NCBI GenBank assembly: GCA_038230375.1
Contig: JBBRNJ010000091.1
Location: 1-32,620, forward strand
Length of the DNA stretch: 32,620 nucleotides
Direction of reading: 5' to 3'
From: Polyangiales bacterium
GTDB lineage: Bacteria; Myxococcota_A; Polyangia; Polyangiales; Polyangiaceae
Position numbers and translations under genes: made by a program
Part shown: one piece after another, positions 25,445 to 32,620 of the stretch
How positions within the stretch are numbered: position 1 is the stretch's first letter
Layout: every line of letters starts with the position of its first letter
Notes under the pieces: generated by a model
What the model saw: the letters and a program-made list of their open reading frames with translations, nothing else
The model's database searches: none
Told to the model about the DNA's origin: nothing

Positions 25445-26053
25445 TCACTCCTGCTGACGCAACGATGGCCCGGGCATTACACCTTTCGAACACGTACAGG
25501 ACATGCAGCCGTGCTCCGCGCAGGTTCCACATGAGGTCGCCACCTGGAGACGGAGCGCTTCACGAGCACGAAATATGCGGACGGCTGCGTTGCTCGGAGA
25601 GATCCCTCGCTCCTCGGCGAAGGCCTTCACGGCGATGCCGTCGACCTCGATCCGTCGCAGTGCGTCGGCATACTCGGGTTTGAGCGTCTCCGCGAGACGA
25701 GCCACGCAGCGACACACCTCGTCGCGGAGCATCTCGTTCGGCTCCTCGGACTGCTCGATCTCCTCCGCGAACTGCGCGAGCGCGCGATCTGCGACCTTGG
25801 CGCGACGGTGGTAGTCGACGACTGCATTGCGGAGGGTCCGGTAGAACCAGGCCACCGCCGCTTCCCCGTCTCGCAGGGTCGCGAGCTTGTCGAGCCCGCG
25901 GGTGAAGGCCTCCTGCAGGATGTCCTCGGCCAGATCGCGGCGACCCACGCGTCGCTCGAGGAATCGCAGGAACTCGCGGTGATTCTCCACGAGCACGCGG
26001 GAGACGTCGGGATCGATTGGTCGCGTCACGACGTCGCTGGAATCTTCGGACAT
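25445..26053 (-). CDS. CorE-like (ECF44-type) metal-responsive ECF sigma factor
   Basis: sigma2 (AEDILQEAF, AWFYRTLRNAVVDYHR), CxC linker (VCRCV), sigma4 (LKPEYA..GISPSNAAVRIFRAREAL) and C-terminal CGTCAEHGCMSCTC. Confidence 0.88.
   Translation of the reverse strand: MSEDSSDVVTRPIDPDVSRVLVENHREFLRFLERRVGRRDLAEDILQEAFTRGLDKLATLRDGEAAVAWFYRTLRNAVVDYHRRAKVADRALAQFAEEIEQSEEPNEMLRDEVCRCVARLAETLKPEYADALRRIEVDGIAVKAFAEERGISPSNAAVRIFRAREALRLQVATSCGTCAEHGCMSCTCSKGVMPGPSLRQQE
25456..25481 (-). promoter_or_regulatory. Putative ECF-type promoter inside the 3' end of the sigma gene, oriented toward the metallothionein-like ORF
   Basis: Minus strand TGTAAT-N16-CGTC; the -10 element ends 38 nt before the ATG at 25417. 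Confidence 0.6.
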
Positions 26054-26180
26054 GCGTATCGTGTAGCACGCGCAGGTTTCTGTCCCATTGTTGGGGAGGG
26101 CATGGCCGATTCATCACGATCGCGGGTTCATGCGCGGTGCGGGCTCGCATCGCTCCGTACCACTGGGTTAGGGTTGGTGC

Positions 26181-27962
26181 GTGGGGGAAGAGGAGCGCAC
26201 GGCGGCTGAGCAGACCCAGCGCATGGGAGAACGCTTTCGCGTGCTCGCAGAGGTCATGCGCGCGTTTGCGGAGGCGACAACGGAGCATGATCGACTCCTC
26301 GTCGAGATCGCCCGACGGATGGCTGAGGTGCTCAAGAACACGTGCACCGTGCAGCTTCTCTCGGAGGACGGCAAGCTGCTCGCGCCGGCTGCGATCCACG
26401 CAACCGACCCCGCCGTCGTAGATCGCATTCGTGCGCTGCTGTCCGCGGAGCCGATCCGCGTGGACGGTCACGCTCTCTATCGAAGCGTGGTGGAGACCGG
26501 CGAGGCAATACTGGTTCCGAAGATCGATCCGGCCGAGCACTCGCGGCAGGCATCTCAGAGTCACGGTGACATCGCCGCCTCGCTCAAGATGCACAGCGGG
26601 TTGATCGTGGCGCTGCGTGTGCACGGGCGCTCCATCGGCGCCCTCAGCCTTGGCCGCTACGACCCAAACCTCCCTCCCTTCGACGAAGGGGACCGCGATC
26701 TCGCGCAGACCTTGGCGGACCATGCCGCACTTGCGATCACCAACGCGCGCCTCTTCCAGTCGGCGCAGCGCGAGATCGCTGAACGCCACCGCGCCGAGCT
26801 CGCGCTGAAGAAGACGGAGGCCCAGCTGATCCACGCGCAGAAGATGGATGCGGTCGGCAGGCTGGCGGGCGGCGTGGCACACGACTTCAACAACTTGCTC
26901 TCCGTGATCCTCAGCTACGCGGAGCTGACCTTGTCTGGGCTGCTCAAGGACGATCCGCTGCGTTCTGAGGTCGAAGAGATCAAGAAGGCGGGCGAACGTG
27001 CCGCGGAGCTCACGAAGCAGCTCCTCGCGTTCAGTCGGCAGCAGGTGCTGCAGCCCAGAGTCCTGGACCTGAATCAGGTCGTGGGCAACATGGAGAGGAT
27101 GCTGAGCCGGCTCCTGGGCGCCGACGTTCTGCTCACGCTGCTGCCGTCTTCGGGACTCGGCAAGGTGAGCGCGGACCCCGGACAGATCGAGCAAGTCGTG
27201 ATGAACCTCGCCGTCAACGCGCGCGACGCGATGCCGGCGGGCGGCAAGCTGACCGTCGAGACCGCGAACGTGGTCCTTGATGACGCGTATGCTGCCGAAC
27301 ATCACGGCGTCGTCGCCGGCCGGTACGTCATGCTCGGGGTCAGCGACACGGGCGCGGGGATGGACAGGGCCACGCAGACGCGCATCTTCGAGCCGTTCTT
27401 CACGACGAAGGGGAAGGGCAAGGGGACGGGCCTTGGTCTCTCCACTGTCTTCGGCATCGTGCAGCAGAGCGGCGGGCACGTCTGGGTCTACAGTGAGCCC
27501 GGCAAGGGAACCACGTTCAAGGTCTACTTCGCCCGCGTAGAAGGAGTGGCCGAGCGCTTTCCGTCCGCGTCGCCGCCTGCGCTCGCCGCGCGCGGCTCCG
27601 AGACAATCCTCCTCGTGGAAGACGACGATCAGGTCCGCGGCGTTGCTCGTGGAATCCTCAGGCGACTTGGCTACTGCGTGCTCGAGGCACCGAACGGCGG
27701 CGAGGCGTTGCTCATCTGCGAGAAGCACTCCGCCAACATCGATTTGCTCCTCACGGATGTCGTGCTCCCGCACATGAGCGGACGCGAGCTCGCGGAGCGT
27801 GTCGCCGTGGTGCGCCCCACGATGAAGGTGCTGTTCATGTCGGGCTACACGGACGAAGCCGTCGTCCAGCATGGCATCCTCAGCTCGGGAGTCCTGTTCC
27901 TCCAGAAGCCAATCACGCCTGAGTCCCTGGCACGCCGAGTACGCGAGGCTCTGGGAGGCTGA
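26181..27962 (+). CDS. Hybrid sensor histidine kinase (GAF-HisKA-HATPase-REC)
   Basis: GAF ending [75 protein letters not shown]. Confidence 0.95.
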   Translation: MGEEERTAAEQTQRMGERFRVLAEVMRAFAEATTEHDRLLVEIARRMAEVLKNTCTVQLLSEDGKLLAPAAIHATDPAVVDRIRALLSAEPIRVDGHALYRSVVETGEAILVPKIDPAEHSRQASQSHGDIAASLKMHSGLIVALRVHGRSIGALSLGRYDPNLPPFDEGDRDLAQTLADHAALAITNARLFQSAQREIAERHRAELALKKTEAQLIHAQKMDAVGRLAGGVAHDFNNLLSVILSYAELTLSGLLKDDPLRSEVEEIKKAGERAAELTKQLLAFSRQQVLQPRVLDLNQVVGNMERMLSRLLGADVLLTLLPSSGLGKVSADPGQIEQVVMNLAVNARDAMPAGGKLTVETANVVLDDAYAAEHHGVVAGRYVMLGVSDTGAGMDRATQTRIFEPFFTTKGKGKGTGLGLSTVFGIVQQSGGHVWVYSEPGKGTTFKVYFARVEGVAERFPSASPPALAARGSETILLVEDDDQVRGVARGILRRLGYCVLEAPNGGEALLICEKHSANIDLLLTDVVLPHMSGRELAERVAVVRPTMKVLFMSGYTDEAVVQHGILSSGVLFLQKPITPESLARRVREALGG

Positions 27963-28071
27963 ACGGCCATACCTGACGTCTGACGGGCGCCATCGCCCCG
28001 ATGCGACGCCATTTGCCCGTTCCCCTGGTCGATGATCTGGGGTCCCACGCGAAGGTGTGTTACGCAGCGCG

Positions 28072-30492
28072 ATGTCCGCCATGGTCAAGAACCGCCCCGC
28101 TCTGGCCATCGCCTGTCTTTCAGCGTCCCTCTTCCTGCAGGAGGTGCTGCTGACGCGGCTGTTCTCGGTGATTCTCTATCACCACTTCGCGTTCATCGCG
28201 ATCTCGGTCGGCATGCTCGGCCTTGCCGCTGGCGGCGTGCGCGTTGCTCTCTGGAAGGAGCGCTTCACGGAGGCGAACGCGGCCGAGGACACGCGCAAGG
28301 CGGCGCTGCGCTTCGCGGCGTGCGCTGTGGGCGCGCTGGCGATCCTGGCGCAGCTCGGGCTCTCTCCTGGTCGCTACACGGTGTGGCGCGCGCTGGGCGT
28401 GCTGTTCGTGTACATCATCTCGTTCATCCCGTTCTACTTCGGTGGCGTCGCCATCGCGCTCGTCTTCACGCACTCGCGAAAGCAGTTCGCGAAGCTCTAC
28501 GCGATCGATCTCGCGGCGGCTGGCGGAAGCGGGCTCCTCGTTGCTCCCATGCTGAGCATGTTCGGCGCACCCTCTGCGCTGCTCCTTGCGAGCCTGGTGG
28601 CGGCGCTGGGCGGGGTGCTCGCGTTCTCCACGACGTCCACGCGCGAGAAGAAGCTCGGGTGGATCGTCATTGGCGTGGTCATTCTCGCCTTCATCGGCGA
28701 TCGCTCCTTTGGCCTCATGCGCGTTCGCTGGGCGAAGGAGACAGAGCACGCAAAGCCTTCGTACGAAGCGTGGAACGCGATCTCGCGCCTTGCCGTGTAC
28801 GACGAGGCGTTCGGTCCATGGGCCGTCGGCACCAAGTACAAGGGGCCCCCGCCAGAGGGCCGCCTGATGGACATCGATGCGTCCGCAGCCACGCCGATCC
28901 TCCACGGCATGACCGGCCCCGGCGTGGAGCACCTGGACGCGGAGCTCACGGCCATTGCCTACGTTGCGTCGCCGCACGATCATTCTCTCGTGATCGGCGC
29001 GGGCGGCGGACGCGATGTGCTGTGCGCGCTGCGCTCAGGGATGCGCCACGTTGACGCGGTCGAGATCAACCCCATCATCGCGAACGACGTCATGCGGGAC
29101 CGCTTCAAGGAGTACTCCGGCGGCATCTACGTGGACCCGCGCGTCACTGTGCACGTGATGGACGGGCGCTCGTTCGTGCGCGGCTCGCACGACCACTTTG
29201 ACGTCATCCAGGCCTCTCTCGTTGACACCTGGGCGTCCACTGCGGCGGGTGCGTTCGCGCTCTCCGAGAACAACCTCTACACACTCGAGGCGATCACCGA
29301 GTACATCGAACACCTCTCGGATGATGGCGTGCTGACGCTCATTCGATGGCACGGGGCCGAGGTGTACCGCCTGATCGGGATGGTGGACGCCGCCACGCAC
29401 GCGCTCGGCATCACCGACCTTGGCTCGCATCTGGCGATCCTCGAGGTGCCTTCGCTCCACGTGACGAACCTTCTCTTCAAGCGGTCGCCGTGGGACGCCG
29501 CGAGCGTGAAGAAGCTGGACGACAAGGCAGAGGCCACGGGCTTCACGTGGGCGCATCACCCGCTGCGTGACGTAGGTGGCCGCACCACGGAGATCGCGCG
29601 CGCAGCAAACCCGCTGGCAGAGGCGTACCGCACCGAGGACTACGAGCTCTCGCCCTCTACCGACGACTGGCCCTTCTTCTTCTACAGGCCGGAGCACCGC
29701 TTCTTTGCGGGTGCGATCGAGCAGCCGACGCGCCTCTACAGCGACGGCCCGTATCTGCTCGCCGAGATCATGCTGCTGTCGGCAGTGCTTGCGTTCGGAT
29801 GTCTGCTCCTGCCGCTATGGAAGCGCGGCCGTTCCGCGCTCGCGACGGCACCGAAGGAAGCCATGGCGATGGGCTCGTACTTCGTTTGCATAGGCATTGG
29901 CTTCATGTTCCTGGAGGTGAGCATGATGCAGCGCTTCGTACTCTTCCTGGGCCATCCCACGTACGCGCTCACCGCCGTGATGGTGGCGCTCCTGCTCGGC
30001 GCGGGCGTTGGATCGCACGTCGCAGGTCGCTTCGTTGCAAAGCGTGAGGCTCTCGCAGCCAAGGCAAAGGACGCGGGTGTGCCGCCCAGCTTCGTCGCCG
30101 GAATGCTTGCGGCTGGCGCTATTGGCATATCGGCAGTGGCGCACCCGGCGGTGTTCGCGGCGACGCAGCACATGTCGTTCATCACGAAGGTCCTGCTCAC
30201 GCAGGCGCTGGTGCTTCCGCTGGGCGTCGTGCTCGGCGCGCTCATGCCGCTCGGCGTCGCGCGGCTCACCCGGCTGACGCCCGCGCTCGTGCCGTGGGCG
30301 TGGGGCGTGAACGGGTTCGCGTCCGTCGTGGGCTCGTGTCTGGCAGTGCTCCTCTCCATGTCCTACGGCTTCTCCAGCACCTTCCGCCTGGCAGCGGCGT
30401 GCTACGGGGCCGCAGCGCTCTTCGCCCTGGTCGCGTTCAGAGGAACGCCCTCCGTGGCCGCGGACACCAGCTCGGCCGCCACGGCTTCGTGA
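28072..30492 (+). CDS. Polytopic membrane protein with a central spermidine-synthase-like SAM/dcSAM-binding domain
   Basis: Multiple TM helices at both ends; LVIGAGGGRDV, VEINP, DGRSFV, FDVI, ENNLYTLEA; WAWGVNG. Confidence 0.85.
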   Translation: MSAMVKNRPALAIACLSASLFLQEVLLTRLFSVILYHHFAFIAISVGMLGLAAGGVRVALWKERFTEANAAEDTRKAALRFAACAVGALAILAQLGLSPGRYTVWRALGVLFVYIISFIPFYFGGVAIALVFTHSRKQFAKLYAIDLAAAGGSGLLVAPMLSMFGAPSALLLASLVAALGGVLAFSTTSTREKKLGWIVIGVVILAFIGDRSFGLMRVRWAKETEHAKPSYEAWNAISRLAVYDEAFGPWAVGTKYKGPPPEGRLMDIDASAATPILHGMTGPGVEHLDAELTAIAYVASPHDHSLVIGAGGGRDVLCALRSGMRHVDAVEINPIIANDVMRDRFKEYSGGIYVDPRVTVHVMDGRSFVRGSHDHFDVIQASLVDTWASTAAGAFALSENNLYTLEAITEYIEHLSDDGVLTLIRWHGAEVYRLIGMVDAATHALGITDLGSHLAILEVPSLHVTNLLFKRSPWDAASVKKLDDKAEATGFTWAHHPLRDVGGRTTEIARAANPLAEAYRTEDYELSPSTDDWPFFFYRPEHRFFAGAIEQPTRLYSDGPYLLAEIMLLSAVLAFGCLLLPLWKRGRSALATAPKEAMAMGSYFVCIGIGFMFLEVSMMQRFVLFLGHPTYALTAVMVALLLGAGVGSHVAGRFVAKREALAAKAKDAGVPPSFVAGMLAAGAIGISAVAHPAVFAATQHMSFITKVLLTQALVLPLGVVLGALMPLGVARLTRLTPALVPWAWGVNGFASVVGSCLAVLLSMSYGFSSTFRLAAACYGAAALFALVAFRGTPSVAADTSSAATAS

Positions 30493-30508
30493 GCCTCGCC
30501 GCGCTTCC

Positions 30509-31207
30509 TCAGCGGTTCCGCTCTGCCTTCAGGTTGACGCCGGAGATGGCGGCTGTCGGGAGACCGGTGAGCTGGGCCATCAGGTGCTCACGGACGTCGT
30601 TCATGCTCCTGAAGTCGAGACCATGCTTGTGCGCCTTGTCCAGGATACCGCTGACGTGCGTGTCCACGGCGGCTGCGCTCACCACGGATCCGTCCACGTA
30701 GCAGCCGCGCCGCAGCGCGCAGAGCGCGGACACCACGATGGCGGTCTGCTTCTCCGAGAGATCGAGCCGCACCGCAAAGGTCTGCGCCACGGCATAGATC
30801 GCGCCGAGCACGTCGTGGGTCGATCCCTGGGCGCCGCGGACGAAACCGCGAACGACGTCGGGCCGCATGTCCTTGACGAGGTACGTGACGTGCTCCCGAA
30901 CAGCGCGGGCCATCGTGGCACGCGTGAACAGCGCGGTGTAGAGGGCAATGGCGACGCGAGGATGGGTCTCGCGCGCCCGAGCGATCAGATCCCAACCAGA
31001 GCCATCGCGAAGACGAAGATCGACCACGATGGCAAGCCACGACTGGCGACTGGCAAGAGCTTCCAACCCCCCCTCGAGGGAGGAGGCGACAACGATGTCC
31101 GTCAGCTTGCCTACAGTCCTCTTCAAAAGACGTTGGTGGGCCGGCTCGTCCTCCACGTGGAGGATGGCAGCGGCGGGTCGGGACTCGGGAACGGAGGGGG
31201 TGTTCAT
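30509..31207 (-). CDS. Response regulator with a divergent LuxR-like C-terminal domain
   Basis: HVEDE, VVDLRLRDGSG, YTA, LVK; LSEKQTAIV..VDTHVSGILDK; GAGGAGG SD before ATG at 31207. Confidence 0.8.
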   Translation of the reverse strand: MNTPSVPESRPAAAILHVEDEPAHQRLLKRTVGKLTDIVVASSLEGGLEALASRQSWLAIVVDLRLRDGSGWDLIARARETHPRVAIALYTALFTRATMARAVREHVTYLVKDMRPDVVRGFVRGAQGSTHDVLGAIYAVAQTFAVRLDLSEKQTAIVVSALCALRRGCYVDGSVVSAAAVDTHVSGILDKAHKHGLDFRSMNDVREHLMAQLTGLPTAAISGVNLKAERNR

Positions 31208-31528
31208 GGCCTCCTCTCCCCATCGACCGTGCCGGCTCATGGTTGCCAAGATATCTGGCGGAGTCAGAACGGAAGTGACGATTTCATGAACGAGCCTGGA
31301 AAATCCGGGAGAACTGAACGCCTGTCATCATCCTCGGATCTCTCGCGTCTCTCGGATCCATCAGCTCGTGATGGGTGTGCCTCGCGACGACGTCTATCAC
31401 CCGTCTCCATGCGCTTCGTTTCTGGCGTTCCGGATTTCTCGCGGAAGTCACGGTTTTTGGCGCGCAAAAAAACCGCCTTCTGACCCCACTGCGGATGCGT
31501 TTCCTCTCTGACATTCTGTCGTCGCAAC

Positions 31529-32620
31529 ATGCAAGTGCGACGTCGCCACTTCGTCTGTCCCATTTCGGCTATCCCGGTCGCCCTGCTCTCCTGGCTTCTC
31601 GTCGCTGGCTGCGGTTCGCAGAGCTCTGGAACGCAGTCCTCAGACACGGGCGGGCTCGCGCCAGACGCCAGCTCATCCGCCGCGCAGCCGAGCTCCGTTC
31701 ATGCCGGCGGAGGTTCGCTGGCGAAGGTTGGTCTCCGGCCGCTCACGTTCGACTTGTTCGAAGACGGCGGCAGCGACGGTGATGGTGGGGACGTGGAAGG
31801 GGGAGCAGGGGATGCGGGAGGTGGTAGCCCAGACGGTGCGGCAGACGGTGGAGGGGACCCAGCGCCGCCGCCGGTCTCCACGCGATGTGGCGACGCCATT
31901 CGCGATCCGATCCTCGAGGAGTGCGACGACGGCGCCGTGATCGGAGACGCACCTTCGCTATGCGCGCCCGACTGCCACGTGGTCGACCTGCTATCCCCGG
32001 ACGACGCCGCAGGACCGGCGAGGGGAAGCCGCAATCTGGGCACGGGCGCGCACCCCATCGCGGGCGGCAGCACGAACATGGCTGTCGCGTGGATCGAGCC
32101 CGGAACGGCCGACGTCACAACGCATCGCCTCCGGCTCTCCTACTACGACAGCAGCGGACTGCCGATGCCTCGCTTCGACGTGCTGAACGCGGGGCTCGCA
32201 TCATCGTCCTATGCAGCGCCCGGCCTGGCCGAGCTCGGCGACGGTACCTACGCCGCGGTCTTCACGGACTTCGGAACGGATGGTGACGGTCTTGGTGTGC
32301 GCGTGGCGATTGTCGATCCGGCGCGCGCAGCTGGGTTGCCGCTCGCGCCGGTCACCGTGAACCAGACCACGGTGTCCGCCCAGATGGACGCTGACGTCGT
32401 GTGGACGGGGACGAACATCGTGGTCGCGTGGACGGACATGTCGAACCCGGACACGTCGCCGGATGTCCGCTTCCAGATCTACGATCGCGCGCTCAACCCG
32501 GTCGCGGTCGGCGACCAGACGCGGGCTGCGTCGAGCGCGGTCGAGGGAGACGTGGCGCTCGCGGCCTTCGCAGGCTCGTGGGCAGCCGCGTGGCGTGAGC
32601 AGTCTCCCACCGCGGAGATC
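31529..32620 (+). CDS. Lipoprotein with a myxobacterial Cys-rich (CGD..EECDDG) repeat and beta-propeller-like repeats; runs off the window end
   Basis: Manual translation MQVRRRHFVCPISAIPVALLSWLLVAGC...RCGDAIRDPILEECDDG...AVAWIE...VVAWTD...WAAAWRE; open to the window end. Confidence 0.8.
   Translation, partial: MQVRRRHFVCPISAIPVALLSWLLVAGCGSQSSGTQSSDTGGLAPDASSSAAQPSSVHAGGGSLAKVGLRPLTFDLFEDGGSDGDGGDVEGGAGDAGGGSPDGAADGGGDPAPPPVSTRCGDAIRDPILEECDDGAVIGDAPSLCAPDCHVVDLLSPDDAAGPARGSRNLGTGAHPIAGGSTNMAVAWIEPGTADVTTHRLRLSYYDSSGLPMPRFDVLNAGLASSSYAAPGLAELGDGTYAAVFTDFGTDGDGLGVRVAIVDPARAAGLPLAPVTVNQTTVSAQMDADVVWTGTNIVVAWTDMSNPDTSPDVRFQIYDRALNPVAVGDQTRAASSAVEGDVALAAFAGSWAAAWREQSPTAEI

Noticed and set aside
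25242..25532. ORF-track entries 25242..25457 (+) and 25248..25532 (-)
   Set aside because: The plus ORF is the antisense shadow of the Cys-rich ORF (Gln/His-rich from reversed Cys codons). The minus ORF is an alternative frame overlapping the sigma gene.
6599..28109. Long antisense ORFs (6599..8860, 9059..10537, 13720..15945, 25560..28109 and others)
   Set aside because: They lie opposite genes with clear family motifs, have no recognisable motifs themselves, and are expected from stop-codon scarcity at high GC
29215..29235. VDTW in the spermidine-synthase-like protein as a second DTW domain
   Set aside because: It lies within a Rossmann SAM-binding domain and lacks the other DTW-family motifs; coincidental

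Overview
High-GC, gene-dense bacterial chromosome segment. Gene content points to a myxobacterium of the Polyangiales (Sorangium/Labilithrix-like; inference): a membrane Ser/Thr kinase, many Cys/Gly-rich lipoproteins, CGDG..EECDDG and CxDGxxNxxExDxDCGG repeats, and sigma54 promoters. About 29 CDS. I see no rRNA, tRNA, CRISPR array or mobile element. Content includes alkylation repair (ada-alkA, ogt, a second alkA-like gene), a DTW tRNA acp-transferase fusion, a Prc/Tsp protease, esterases, a hybrid kinase and a spermidine-synthase-like membrane protein. The highlight is at 25256-26053 (minus strand). A CorE-like metal-sensing ECF sigma factor (CxC linker plus C-terminal Cys-rich domain with the copper-type C-x2-C-A signature) is followed by a 53-aa, 14-Cys, His-free metallothionein-like ORF that the ORF track missed. 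An ECF-type promoter (TGTAAT-N16-CGTC) inside the sigma gene's 3' end points at this ORF. Other notable items: a sigma54-driven L,D-transpeptidase-fold lipoprotein with a coupled partner, a WYL/PafBC-geometry promoter on the second alkA, an RlmJ-like protein with a degenerate SAM loop, intergenic GTCGAN hexamer arrays, and recurrent leaderless-type starts.
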